Source: Opitutales bacterium (lineage in GTDB: Bacteria; Verrucomicrobiota; Verrucomicrobiia; Opitutales; UBA2987). From it: DNA of 64,000 nt. Position 1 is the first letter of the stretch. Every line of letters starts with the position of its first letter. A program made the position numbers and the translations under genes. The notes under the pieces are model-generated. The model saw nothing but the letters and a program-made list of their open reading frames with translations. It searched no databases and was not told the DNA's origin. The stretch spans positions 256,001 through 320,000 of the forward strand of contig CBDDEL010000015.1 in assembly GCA_965226885.1 (NCBI GenBank), written 5' to 3'. Shown here one piece after another: positions 41,219-51,377 of this stretch.

Positions 41219-42232
41219 GTGAATTTCTGCATATTAGGGGCGGGAGCCTGGGGCACGGCCATGGCGATTCATTTGTCCAGAGCGGGCAACACCGTCACGC
41301 TGGCTCCGCGCCGTATGGAGCAGGCCCTGGAAATTTCCACAACAAGAGAGAACAGGTCTTATTTGCCAAACATCTCCCTCGATCCCAGCATCCAGATCGG
41401 GTGGCAATTAAAACCCATTTTGATGGAAGCCGACGCCGTCCTGCTGGCCACTCCATCAAAAGGGCTGCGGGAGATTTGCCTGAGGGTTCATCATCACCTG
41501 GACTCCGCCGCCAAGCTTAAACTTTTCGTCACCTTATGCAAAGGACTGGAAAAAGAGACCTTGAAAAAGCCAGTGGAAGTCCTCCGGGAAGTCCTGCCCG
41601 GATTCATCCACGGCACTTTGACGGGCCCGACTTTTGCCAATGAAGTGGCCGAGGGCAAGCCCGCCGCCATGGTCTTCGCCAGCGATAGCGATGAGGCCTT
41701 CACAGAGGCCGCCCAATATGCCTTCAGCAGTTCCACCCTGCGGGTTTACACCAGTTCGGATTTAGTTGGGGTGGAACTTGGTTCCTGCCTCAAAAACGTT
41801 TACGCTATAGCGGCCGGTATTTGCGATGGATTGAATTTGGGCGAAAATGCCAAGGCCACCTTGCTGACTCGCTCTTTGAATGAAATGGTGCGCCTGGGCA
41901 ACCGCCTGGGGGGCCGCACGGAGACCTTTTATGGGTTAAGCGGCTGTGGGGATTTGCTCCTGACGTGCAACGGCAAACAGAGCCGAAACCGTACATTCGG
42001 CCAATTAATCGCCCAAGGCATGGAAATCGAAGATTTGATCGAAAAAAGAAAAATGACGGCGGAAGGCTATGGGAGCACGGAATGTTTTCACCGCCTGTGC
42101 CGGAATCAGGGACTGCAGGCGCCCATTCTTAACGAGGTGCACGCAGTTCTTTACGAAGGGAAAAACCCGGCCGCATCCATCACCGATCTGATGAAACGGC
42201 AACTCAAGCCGGAAACCCCCAGTCATTCATAA
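41219..42232 (+). CDS. gpsA: NAD(P)H-dependent glycerol-3-phosphate dehydrogenase
   Basis: GAGAWGTA, KGLE, GPTFA, LKNVYAI, GDLLLTC, SRN. Confidence 0.95.
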   Translation: MNFCILGAGAWGTAMAIHLSRAGNTVTLAPRRMEQALEISTTRENRSYLPNISLDPSIQIGWQLKPILMEADAVLLATPSKGLREICLRVHHHLDSAAKLKLFVTLCKGLEKETLKKPVEVLREVLPGFIHGTLTGPTFANEVAEGKPAAMVFASDSDEAFTEAAQYAFSSSTLRVYTSSDLVGVELGSCLKNVYAIAAGICDGLNLGENAKATLLTRSLNEMVRLGNRLGGRTETFYGLSGCGDLLLTCNGKQSRNRTFGQLIAQGMEIEDLIEKRKMTAEGYGSTECFHRLCRNQGLQAPILNEVHAVLYEGKNPAASITDLMKRQLKPETPSHS

Positions 42233-43617
42233 GCTGTCATGGCGGAAGCATCCGGTTTCTTTTGGGGCCGAGGCAAAAACGATGCCAAAATCAGGGGAAC
42301 CAGAAGGATACAAGATCCATAGAGATAGGAAACTTGCGACCCGAAATACCAATAAATGGCAGCGGCCACCAGAGGCCCGATGGCCCTGCCCAGCGACCCG
42401 GAGGAACGGAATGCGCCCATTACACGGCCTTGTTCCTTTTCGCCTGAGTAAAGTGAAACAAAGGCCGTGAGGGTAGGGGTGGACAAACCGGCTCCCAGAG
42501 CGAGTAGGCCCAAACCGACGTAGAAATAATGCCAGGATAAAGCAAAGGCCAAGCACCCAAAAGCGGCCGAACCGCAGACTAATCCAGATAGAAGCAAGCA
42601 CTTCTCTCCCAATTTCGGGACTAGGCCGTGGACCAACCCTCCCTGCACCAAGATGAGAGAAAAACCGATAAAAAGAAACATCTTGGCATTATCGACCGGC
42701 AGATAGCCAAGGCGCTCTAAAGACAGAAAGGTCAGCGTGAACTCCATGCCGCTGAAAGCGAGAATGAAAAGAAAATACACCAGGTTGGTTCTTTTCACCA
42801 GGCTTGACCCAGGGCCGAAAAATTGACTTAATTTGACCTCGGGAAGCAAGTTTGCAGACGTCGTATCCCGTTTTTCCAGCGGCAGGGTTTCGTTGAATTT
42901 GAGCGCCACCCAGAGGAGGTTGAGCAGAGACAATGAAAAGGCGATAAAGGCGGGAACGGAAAACGGATTGATCCCATAGCGAACCAAATCGGGAAAATAG
43001 GTGCCTAAATCGATGAGCGAGGAGAAACCGCCGATGGCCGGACCGACCAGAAATCCAAGCCCGAAAGCCACCCCAACCAGAGCCATTCCCCGGGATCGTT
43101 TTTCCGCCACGGTGATATCGGCCACGGCCGCCGTGGCCACGGACAGGTTGCCACTACTCGTTCCGCTTAAAATGCGGGATGCGATCAGAAGCCAAAAAGA
43201 TCCGCTGAATGCCCACATAAGATAACCGAGCGTATTTCCCAAGATGGTAAGAAACAGGATGGGCTTGCGGCCATAGCGATCCGACAAACGACCCCAAAAT
43301 GGCGCGAAAACGAATTGCAAAAGTGAATATAGCGAACCCAGGAAACCGCCAAACAAGACATGGGCGAGAAATGTCGAGTCCCCAAAACTACCGTCAGACC
43401 GCGAGGATTTCCCCAGCCAATCGACAATAAAGGCGAGAAAACTTCCCTCCTCTTCCGGCGGCAAATAATAATCGAGCATGGCCGGGAAGAGTGGAAATAT
43501 GATGGAAAATCCGACCAGGTCTATAAAAAGGGTCAGGAATACCACTCCCAGTATGCTCCGGCGGGAGTTATTATTGAGGTCGGAATTGCCTGAATTCACT
43601 GATGGCGGCTCTGGCAT
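42223..43617 (-). CDS. MFS transporter (TetA/DHA1-like)
   Basis: GRLSDRYGRKP, GLGFLVGPAIGG. Confidence 0.9.
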   Translation of the reverse strand: MPEPPSVNSGNSDLNNNSRRSILGVVFLTLFIDLVGFSIIFPLFPAMLDYYLPPEEEGSFLAFIVDWLGKSSRSDGSFGDSTFLAHVLFGGFLGSLYSLLQFVFAPFWGRLSDRYGRKPILFLTILGNTLGYLMWAFSGSFWLLIASRILSGTSSGNLSVATAAVADITVAEKRSRGMALVGVAFGLGFLVGPAIGGFSSLIDLGTYFPDLVRYGINPFSVPAFIAFSLSLLNLLWVALKFNETLPLEKRDTTSANLLPEVKLSQFFGPGSSLVKRTNLVYFLFILAFSGMEFTLTFLSLERLGYLPVDNAKMFLFIGFSLILVQGGLVHGLVPKLGEKCLLLSGLVCGSAAFGCLAFALSWHYFYVGLGLLALGAGLSTPTLTAFVSLYSGEKEQGRVMGAFRSSGSLGRAIGPLVAAAIYWYFGSQVSYLYGSCILLVPLILASFLPRPQKKPDASAMTAYE

Positions 43618-43678
43618 GTAGGTGCGGAGCTTGATTTATGCGAGGAAATCGAGATGTTCCCGGTAAAAGGCCCGCATC

Positions 43679-44164
43679 CTAACCCTCATGCCCGAATTTT
43701 ATATTAAGGGCTGTGGCTACATTAACCGGCACGAGATTGGCAATTTTCCCCTGAAACCGCGCCACCTGTCTGATCAAACTGGAACTGGTAAAAAAGTAAT
43801 CCTGTTTTGGCATTAAAAAAATGGTTTCCAAATCATCGTCCAAATGGCGATTCATTTGGGTCATTTGAAATTCGAACTCAAAATCGGAGATGGCTCTTAA
43901 GCCCCTGACGATAGCCAAAGCGCCCATTTCTCGAGCATAATCGACCAATAATCCGCGAAAAGAGGTGACTTCTACATTTTGCCTGCCTGTAATATTCTCC
44001 TCAATCAGCCGGATTCTCTCGGAAAGATCAAAGAGGGGCTGTTTTTCTTCGCTCTCGGCCACCGCTATGATGGTGTTGTCAAAAATATGGGATGCGCGAA
44101 AAAGCACGTCAAGGTGCCCGTTGGTGACGGGATCGAAGGTGCCGGGATAAATTGCCGTTCTCAT
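43679..44164 (-). CDS. coaD: Pantetheine-phosphate adenylyltransferase
   Basis: YPGTFDPVTNGH, RGLRAISDFEFE; ATG at 44164. Confidence 0.95.
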   Translation of the reverse strand: MRTAIYPGTFDPVTNGHLDVLFRASHIFDNTIIAVAESEEKQPLFDLSERIRLIEENITGRQNVEVTSFRGLLVDYAREMGALAIVRGLRAISDFEFEFQMTQMNRHLDDDLETIFLMPKQDYFFTSSSLIRQVARFQGKIANLVPVNVATALNIKFGHEG

Positions 44165-44276
44165 TTTGAATTGCGGTTGGGAGGATTTTATCTCTAGGGT
44201 GGCAGAGTCAAGGATTTCCCATTTCCACAAATTCAATTCATTTTTATCTTCCTTTGCAACCTCGCAGCCGCAACCG

Positions 44277-44873
44277 ATGAACTTGCCAAATATGCTGACC
44301 CTCTCGCGGGTGCCCATACTCTTCATCATCGTGGGGCTGCTCTACCTCAGGTGGCAAGGCGCCGCCACTTTAGCTTTGCTCCTTTTCATTTTCGGCGGCA
44401 TTACCGATTGGCTGGACGGCTATCTGGCCAGAAAGCGCAACAGCGTCTCGGATTTCGGCAAACTGATGGATGCCCTGACCGATAAAATTTTAATCGTCGG
44501 AATGCTCATCGCCATCCTTGCCGTCGGTCTATTGCCCTCATGGGGAATCATTTGCGTGCTTCTTATTGTGAGCCGGGAATTCCTCGTCACTGGCCTCAGG
44601 CTGGTGGCGGCCAGCCAGGGGACCATCCTGGCGGCTGAAAAAACGGGTAAGCAAAAGACCGTTTTTCAAATAATCGCCATCAGCGTATTGCTGGGCCCGC
44701 CGGCCATTCATTTCGATTTCACCCTATGGACGGGTTGGAATCTGAACATTTTTGAAAGGTTCATATATTACACCGGGATCGGATTTTTTTTATTTGCCAC
44801 CCTTTTGACGGTTTATTCGGGCGGCGTCTATATCACCAAATACTGGTCGCTCCTTTTCCCGGCTCAGGACTAG
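44277..44873 (+). CDS. pgsA: CDP-diacylglycerol--glycerol-3-phosphate 3-phosphatidyltransferase
   Basis: MNLPNMLTLSR, TDWLDGYLAR...GKLMDALTDK. Confidence 0.95.
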   Translation: MNLPNMLTLSRVPILFIIVGLLYLRWQGAATLALLLFIFGGITDWLDGYLARKRNSVSDFGKLMDALTDKILIVGMLIAILAVGLLPSWGIICVLLIVSREFLVTGLRLVAASQGTILAAEKTGKQKTVFQIIAISVLLGPPAIHFDFTLWTGWNLNIFERFIYYTGIGFFLFATLLTVYSGGVYITKYWSLLFPAQD

Positions 44874-46440
44874 CCCGGATATTTCATGAAGGGTAAAGTT
44901 TGGCTCGTTATTGCTATTGGAGATGGATTTCTTTGTATTTTGAGCAGATCGTCTTGATTTTTAGGTGTTTTTCAGGGTGTAGAGACACTGCCCCCTTTCC
45001 CCCATTGGTTCGGTAGTGCCGGGGGCAGCACCAATGCACCCTTTAGGTTGGCACCAATCGGCGGGCCGCATGGTTGAAAAGACTGGCCCAAGGATAACTC
45101 TCACTTAGGTGAAAGTGAATCGTTCGGGTGTTGCGCACGATGACCGCTCCGATCTTGATTAATTTGAGCCGCAGGGTGTGGCATTGGGCCCGCGCCCACT
45201 TCGTCCCTTTTAAGGCTAACCGGCGCATGGCTTCCATCAAGGTGTAGGCCAGCGCCGACAAGAGCAATCGCCACTGATTGGCCCACCATTGATGGGCGCT
45301 GGTGCGCTCGCTGAACAATTGCATCTGTTCCTTGATTCGGTTCTCCATTTCACCGCGGCCACAGTATACCTTGTCGTAAAGCTCCTGGGGATCGCCCGGC
45401 AGGTTCGTCACCACGAAGCGCGGGTTGGACCCCTGTGCGGTGTGTTCGGCTTTATGGATGACCAACCGCAGCCATCGCCACGAATCGGCAGCATAGACGA
45501 AGTTCTGGAATAACCGTTGTTTTTCACCCCTTAGTTCGAACCATTCTTTGGCCTGCTTTTGCAACTGCTGGGCGTCTTGCTGCAAGCGTGCATTGCGAGC
45601 CATCCCCACGATGTAACTAACTTCGTTGCGGTCGCACCAAGAGAGTATCCGGTCTCGACAAAATCCACTGTCGGCGCGCCAAATAATCCGCGTACGGGGC
45701 CAGCTTTGGCGAATCCGTTTAACCAGCAATTTGAGGATGGCCCCGGCATGCTTGCTGGCATCGATCTTGCTCGGCCGCAGGTAGGCCACCAGCAGCTGAT
45801 CACCGCAAAAAACATATAGCGGCAGAAAACAGTAATGATCATAATAACCGTGGAAAAAACGTCCCTCCTGGAGCCCGTGCACCGGATTGTCGGTGGCGTC
45901 AAAGTCCAGGATGATCTCTTCGGGTTCCTCGGCAAAGGAGCCCATGAACTGTTCGACCAACAGCTCGTTTACCGCAAAGGCCGCCCGCCGATCCTGCCCG
46001 TTTTCAAAACGACACAAAGTCGGCGCGCTGGCCAACGTTTCAATGCGCCCCGTTACCGTTTGCAACAATGGATCGTGGCGCAGGGTATCAAAGTCGTTCA
46101 AATCCTCATAGCCCGCCACCAGCCCGTAAACGCGCTGCCGCAGCATCCCCAATACCTCATGGCGTGCTTTGCCCTTCTGCCGTTTGTCCACTAACTGTCG
46201 GGCCGCTCGTTCGGTCAAGCCCAACTGCCGATCCACTTCCCGGATCAAAAGCAGTCCGGCATCCGAAGTAACCTCTCCGCCCTTGAAATCAACCCGCACA
46301 CGGCGGCCTTTTACCCTTGTCAACTGTAGCTTTAATTGTTTACCTTTTGTCATCGCTGATATTGCTTTAATTATTGATCTATCCTGCTGTATATCAGCAG
46401 TTAAGCATATCAACGATACTTTTTTTACGAAATATCCGGG
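44874..46440 (-). mobile_element. Complete IS1380-family element
   Basis: TIR cccggatatttc/gaaatatccggg; CTAG duplicated on both flanks. Confidence 0.93.
45043..46353 (-). CDS. IS1380-family transposase
   Basis: VTSDAG, LDFDATD, RADSGF, RGEMENRIKE. Confidence 0.93.
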   Translation of the reverse strand: MTKGKQLKLQLTRVKGRRVRVDFKGGEVTSDAGLLLIREVDRQLGLTERAARQLVDKRQKGKARHEVLGMLRQRVYGLVAGYEDLNDFDTLRHDPLLQTVTGRIETLASAPTLCRFENGQDRRAAFAVNELLVEQFMGSFAEEPEEIILDFDATDNPVHGLQEGRFFHGYYDHYCFLPLYVFCGDQLLVAYLRPSKIDASKHAGAILKLLVKRIRQSWPRTRIIWRADSGFCRDRILSWCDRNEVSYIVGMARNARLQQDAQQLQKQAKEWFELRGEKQRLFQNFVYAADSWRWLRLVIHKAEHTAQGSNPRFVVTNLPGDPQELYDKVYCGRGEMENRIKEQMQLFSERTSAHQWWANQWRLLLSALAYTLMEAMRRLALKGTKWARAQCHTLRLKLIKIGAVIVRNTRTIHFHLSESYPWASLFNHAARRLVPT

Positions 46441-46443
46441 CTA

Positions 46444-46719
46444 GGGCGTGTTTTCAAAAACCAAATGATGATGGCAACAGCGATTTTTGTCGTTCACCAA
46501 GGCGGTGCCAAGAGTGCTGTGCCCATAGGCACCGCCCCTTGTGCGCTAACGTCGCTGACGGTAAAAAGCACGCTGTCCGCCGGGGGGATGTGGGCCAAAA
46601 TGAAGGTCGCGGCGTTGGCGGTACGCTCACGCACTTCCACTGCGCCACGCGTGCCGCCCCCTTGCGCTGCTTCGTTTTGGCCTCGCACCATCATACATTT
46701 TGATTTTGAAAACACGCCC
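46444..46719. mobile_element. 276-bp MITE
   Basis: 16-bp TIR gggcgtgttttcaaaa/ttttgaaaacacgccc, TA on both flanks, two internal hairpins, no transposase. Confidence 0.8.
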
Positions 46720-46722
46720 TAA

Positions 46723-47232
46723 ATGAACGAACGTCAAAGCTGGATCTGCTTTCTCCCTTCCCAAGTCGTACTCAACGCCGCCTCGGTGGGTCCCTGCGGC
46801 CATGCCCGTAAAGCACCCGGCACCGTCGGCTCACTGGCCGGTCTGATCTGGTACACGGTGGTTTTCTATCCTCTGGGCAATTTAGGTTACCTCATGATGC
46901 TGGCCCTGACAATTTACCTGGCTGTGGAATTTTGCGGAGAAGCGGAGAAACGCCTCATCCAGCGAGACCCGAGCCAGGTTGTGCTGGACGAATTCGTGGC
47001 CATGCCAGTCTGTTTTATCGGGTTGCAGCCTTACCTGGAAATGGGCTACGCCTGGGCCATATTTATTGCCGGTTTCGGACTTTTTCGATTTTTCGATATC
47101 ATCAAACCCCTGGGGATAAAAAGGCTTCAAGACTACCCCGGCGGGGTGGGAATTGTAGTCGATGACCTAGCTGCCGGACTGGCTGCCTGCCTGACCCTTC
47201 ACGCGATCCTGTGGGGGTTGACCTGGGTGTAG
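46723..47232 (+). CDS. pgpA: Phosphatidylglycerophosphatase A
   Basis: APGTVGS, DPSQVVLDE, LFRFFDIIKP, GIVVDD. Confidence 0.93.
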   Translation: MNERQSWICFLPSQVVLNAASVGPCGHARKAPGTVGSLAGLIWYTVVFYPLGNLGYLMMLALTIYLAVEFCGEAEKRLIQRDPSQVVLDEFVAMPVCFIGLQPYLEMGYAWAIFIAGFGLFRFFDIIKPLGIKRLQDYPGGVGIVVDDLAAGLAACLTLHAILWGLTWV

Positions 47233-47244
47233 GAAGCAGTTTTC

Positions 47245-47676
47245 CTATTGAGCTAAAAACCTGAGAGCTGCGATATACCCGTAAAATCCGAGGCCTGCGA
47301 TGGAACCGGTCGAAACCGGCGCCGTGATGGATTTGTGCCGGAATTCCTCTCGCTGATAAATGTTGGATATATGAACCTCGACCACGGACAGGCCGGAGGA
47401 AGTAATGGCATCGCGCAGGGCCACACTGGTGTGGGTGTAGGCGCCGGGGTTGAATACCACCCCGTCGATGCCGTCATCGCCCAGAGAAGCTATTTTATCG
47501 ACCAGAGCGCCTTCATGGTTAGATTGAAAAAACTCGACCGACACACCCAGAGACTCCGCTTCCGCTGACACCAGTTTTTCCAGATCCTGTAGAGTCTTGC
47601 TGCCGTAAACATCGGGCTGCCGTTTTCCCAGCCGATCAAGGTTGGGGCCGTTTAAAACTGCGAACTTTTTACTCAT
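47245..47676 (-). CDS. aroQ: Type II 3-dehydroquinate dehydratase
   Basis: LNGPNL, QSNHEG, NPGAYTHTS, EVHISN. Confidence 0.95.
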   Translation of the reverse strand: MSKKFAVLNGPNLDRLGKRQPDVYGSKTLQDLEKLVSAEAESLGVSVEFFQSNHEGALVDKIASLGDDGIDGVVFNPGAYTHTSVALRDAITSSGLSVVEVHISNIYQREEFRHKSITAPVSTGSIAGLGFYGYIAALRFLAQ

Positions 47677-47695
47677 TTGATTAACAGGGGGTTCC

Positions 47696-48451
47696 TTAAA
47701 GGGGGCATTCGGTTGCTATAAATTCATTGGGAAGATCGAATTCTTTTGCCACTTCCACAGCCAGAGCGGCAACGCCGAATGTTTCCGTGGCATAATGTCC
47801 GCAAAGATACAGGTTGAGCCCTTCCTCCTGAGCAAGATTAAAATGATTTTGTTTAAGCTCTCCCGTTATCAGGGTATCGACTCCCTGCTCTTTCAATTCT
47901 CCGACCACGGAAGCGCCGCTGCCAGTGAGAATGGCTACCTTCGAAGGGCGGGTGGAACCGTATTCTATAGCCGTAATGCGGCCGGAAAACAATTCCCTCA
48001 ATAAGGTTTTTAGAGAATCCCTGCTTTCGGAGGACTTGGTAATGAGGCAGACCGGATGGCCTTCATATTGATGGAATGAGCCGACCGGCTCGAGACCGAG
48101 TTTTTTAGCCAGGAGGGCGTTATTGCCAATTTCCGAATGACAATCCAGAGGCAGATGGCAGCCGTAAAGAGCACAATCGCCATCGAACAAAATGCGCAAT
48201 TTCTCGTAATTACGATCAATTATGGGCCTGGGTGGGTCCCAAAAAAGACCATGATGCACGATGAGAAAATCAACCCCGGCAGCGACCGCCTGGGTAAAGG
48301 GTGCCCTGCCAGCATCGACTGCAGCCCCGATTTTGGCAACCCGCCCGCTGTTGGCTACTTGCAGACCGTTCATGGCTCCGGGAAAATCGGGAATTTCCTT
48401 TTGCCGGGAGCGTTTATCGCAATACTCCACAATATCCTGCAAACTTGCCAT
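47696..48451 (-). CDS. Nif3-like dinuclear metal centre protein (YbgI family)
   Basis: NGLQV, VHHG, HLPLDCH, GHYATE. Confidence 0.9.
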   Translation of the reverse strand: MASLQDIVEYCDKRSRQKEIPDFPGAMNGLQVANSGRVAKIGAAVDAGRAPFTQAVAAGVDFLIVHHGLFWDPPRPIIDRNYEKLRILFDGDCALYGCHLPLDCHSEIGNNALLAKKLGLEPVGSFHQYEGHPVCLITKSSESRDSLKTLLRELFSGRITAIEYGSTRPSKVAILTGSGASVVGELKEQGVDTLITGELKQNHFNLAQEEGLNLYLCGHYATETFGVAALAVEVAKEFDLPNEFIATECPL

Positions 48452-48468
48452 AATCCAGGGCCGTGTTT

Positions 48469-50259
48469 TTAATCAATATTATCGTTTTCGCTTTCGATGT
48501 TAGCCTGTTTGACACGATCCAGATAAAATTTTTGCAAAGTTTCCAAAATGGTTTGTGAATCTCCAGTTTTTAAAACCTTGGCCGCAAGTTGTTCCGCTTC
48601 CGGCATGCGCATCTTGCGCAGCAAATACTTGATTTCGGGCAGCCGGACCGGCGCAATGCTTAAATCATCGGCGCCCAAACCGATCAAAAGTGGCCCATAA
48701 AGGGGATCTCCGGCCATTTCTCCGCAAATACCAACCGGGATGCCTTTTTTGTGGCCTGCATCAATAACGGCCTTGATCATGCGAATTACGGCCGGATGGT
48801 TCGGTTCGTAGAGGTAGGCAATTCTATCGTTAACCCGGTCCACAGCGAGCATGTATTGAATTAAGTCGTTAGTTCCGATGCTGAAAAAATGGCTGTGCTC
48901 TGCCAGCACATCGGCCGTATAGGCGGCACTGGGAACTTCAATCATGCAACCAACCTGAATATGGGGATCAAACGCTTGCTCACGCTCAAGCAGCTCCTGT
49001 TTAGCCTCTTCAAGTACTTTCAGAGCCGCCAGTAATTCGGGCAAACCGCTGATCATGGGAAACATGATCTTTACCTTTCCATAGGAGCTGGAACGCAAAA
49101 TGGCCCGCAGTTGGTCTTTAAATACATCGGTGTGCTTGAGGCAAAAGCGTATGGCCCTGAATCCCAGGAAGGGGTTTCCCTCATTAACCGGAAAATAATC
49201 GCCATGAGGTTTCTTGTCTCCACCCAGATCGAAGGTGCGAATGATCACCGTCTGGGGACTGAGCTGTTCGACATAGCGGCGGTAAACTATAAATTGCGCC
49301 TCTTCGCCGGGAAAGGATTGATCATTCAGAAAAATGGTTTCGGTGCGAAACAAGCCGACGCCCTGAGCGCCGTAACGGTCAAGTTTTTCGGGCGGCTCGT
49401 TACCCTCAATATTGGACATGAGAACCATGCTGTGACCGTCGATGGTTACGGCCGGCAAGTCGGCTTCGCTCTGAAATATCTGCTGTAGGTGTTCGCGTTT
49501 GAGCTTTATCTGGCCGTAACGACGCAAACGGTCGGTGGTCGGGTGAAGGATTACAAGACCCTCGTAGCCATCCACCAAAATGGTATCGTCGCTATGTACT
49601 CGCTGGGTAATGTCGTGCAGGCCAACCACTGCCGGAACTTCCAGAGCGCGCGCCATAATGGTGACATGGCTGGTTTGGCTGCCCTCGTCGGTGACAAACG
49701 CGAGAACGGTTCCCTTTTCCAAGCATGCCGTTTCCGAAGGCGTCAAATCCTCGGAAACGATTATTTTGTCATGGGCCAATGTGCTAAAGCTGAAATCGGC
49801 ATGACCCAATAAGTTGCGCAACAGCCTGCGTGAGACATCGCGAATATCCGTGACCCGTTCCTTTATGTAGTCGTCGTCAATACTGGAGAATGCTTCCAGG
49901 TAGCGGGTGATGACCTGTTGCACACAATATTCAATATTGAGGCCCGTATTCTGGACTTCGAGAACCGTTTCCTCAAGGAGGGCCTTATCATCCAGAACGA
50001 GGAGGTGAGCATCGAATATTTGCGCTTCTTCATCCCCCAACTCTTCGGCAATTTCATTGCGAATAGCGCTGATTTGCATTCGAGTTTCCAGAATAGCCTG
50101 CTCGAAGCGGGCCAATTCATAACCCTGATTCTCCTTCGATATTTCGTAGGACGGAATCTCCAGTTTCTTTTGCAAAAAAAGGAAAGCAGGTCCATGTACG
50201 ACCCCCGGAGAGGCAGCGACCCCCTGCAAGACAATTTCCTCTTTTTCAGAATCGGGCAT
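48469..50259 (-). CDS. ptsI: PTS enzyme I
   Basis: TSHVTIMAR, GLFRTE, NPFLGFRAIR, IGTNDL, CGEMAG. Confidence 0.94.
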   Translation of the reverse strand: MPDSEKEEIVLQGVAASPGVVHGPAFLFLQKKLEIPSYEISKENQGYELARFEQAILETRMQISAIRNEIAEELGDEEAQIFDAHLLVLDDKALLEETVLEVQNTGLNIEYCVQQVITRYLEAFSSIDDDYIKERVTDIRDVSRRLLRNLLGHADFSFSTLAHDKIIVSEDLTPSETACLEKGTVLAFVTDEGSQTSHVTIMARALEVPAVVGLHDITQRVHSDDTILVDGYEGLVILHPTTDRLRRYGQIKLKREHLQQIFQSEADLPAVTIDGHSMVLMSNIEGNEPPEKLDRYGAQGVGLFRTETIFLNDQSFPGEEAQFIVYRRYVEQLSPQTVIIRTFDLGGDKKPHGDYFPVNEGNPFLGFRAIRFCLKHTDVFKDQLRAILRSSSYGKVKIMFPMISGLPELLAALKVLEEAKQELLEREQAFDPHIQVGCMIEVPSAAYTADVLAEHSHFFSIGTNDLIQYMLAVDRVNDRIAYLYEPNHPAVIRMIKAVIDAGHKKGIPVGICGEMAGDPLYGPLLIGLGADDLSIAPVRLPEIKYLLRKMRMPEAEQLAAKVLKTGDSQTILETLQKFYLDRVKQANIESENDNID

Positions 50260-50350
50260 GAGTTAATTATGGTTAATCAGAGCAAGGCTACCTTGAAACC
50301 GCGCCCCCATTGCTCCGGCCAAAGTATAAAAAGAACTCTAACTCTAATGG

Positions 50351-51250
50351 TCAGAGGAAGACGCTTTCAACCATAAACGCTTCCTCTCCCCAGGCGGCGT
50401 GGATGGCGGATTTCAATGCGCAAAGGGATTCATCGTTTTTGAAAAGAGCCAGGCAGGCGCTGCCGCTGCCGCTTAAGAGAGGCGCTATGCCGTCAATTTT
50501 CTTTATCATTGCATAGAGGGCGGGATAGGTGAGAAATTTCTCAAAGATGGCGGTTTCGAAATTATTGAAGAACAGTTCTTCCAACGATCGGTCGGATTTC
50601 AGCCAATGGTTTATGTTTGTAACACTTTGCGCCTCAGACAGATAGTGGGATGGATTAGCCGCCAGATGTCTATAGGCCCAAGCCGTTTCAATGGAAAAAT
50701 CGGGTTTGAACAAAAGCACTCGCCTGCCGGACAAGCGATTGGCAACCGTTGCGGACAGCGGCTCGATTTGTTCGCCTCTTCCCCGCATGATTACGGGTCC
50801 GTTGTTTAAAAACAGAGGGACGTCCGAACCCAAATCCGCCCCCATCGACAATAAATCTTTTTCCGGCAATGGACTGGCCGAAAAAGTATTCAGCAATCGC
50901 AAAACGGCCGCCGCGTTACTGCTGCTGCCGCCAAATCCGGCCCCGATAGGTATTCGCTTTTGCAGCAGGTAGTGAAGGCTGAAATCCAATTTTCGGTGTT
51001 TGCGAAAAGCAGCCGAGGCTTCCATGACTAGGTTGGAGGGTCCGGCATCAAGGTCGGAATTATCGCACTCCAAAGTGTCGGGTTCTCCCGGCGTACCTCT
51101 TTCCACCCACAAATGATCGCCGAAATCGAGCGGAGCCGCCACCGAGAGCAAATTGTGATAGCCGTCCTCGCGAAGTCCGGTCACGGCAAGAAAAGGATTT
51201 ACCTTTGCAGGGCAAAAAATCACAGTTCGACTGGGCAATTTATTTGACAC
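50351..51250 (-). CDS. ispE: CDP-ME kinase
   Basis: PAKVN, KRIPIGAGFGGSSSNAA, GSDVP, SGSGS. Confidence 0.93.
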   Translation of the reverse strand: MSNKLPSRTVIFCPAKVNPFLAVTGLREDGYHNLLSVAAPLDFGDHLWVERGTPGEPDTLECDNSDLDAGPSNLVMEASAAFRKHRKLDFSLHYLLQKRIPIGAGFGGSSSNAAAVLRLLNTFSASPLPEKDLLSMGADLGSDVPLFLNNGPVIMRGRGEQIEPLSATVANRLSGRRVLLFKPDFSIETAWAYRHLAANPSHYLSEAQSVTNINHWLKSDRSLEELFFNNFETAIFEKFLTYPALYAMIKKIDGIAPLLSGSGSACLALFKNDESLCALKSAIHAAWGEEAFMVESVFL

Positions 51251-51377
51251 GATTTGAGTAGTTTCACCTTACCTCTATGCCTGAATATTGGCCGTCGGCC
51301 ATTGTTTTTTCAAAAAAATCCTGTCCATGAGCCGAAAAGCTGGCATGTTCTCAGTTAAAAAAACCGAAATTTATTCA

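Noticed and set aside
44165..44329. Extended N-termini for coaD and pgsA in the track
   Set aside because: They would overlap head-to-head; family motifs begin at ATG 44164 and ATG 44277
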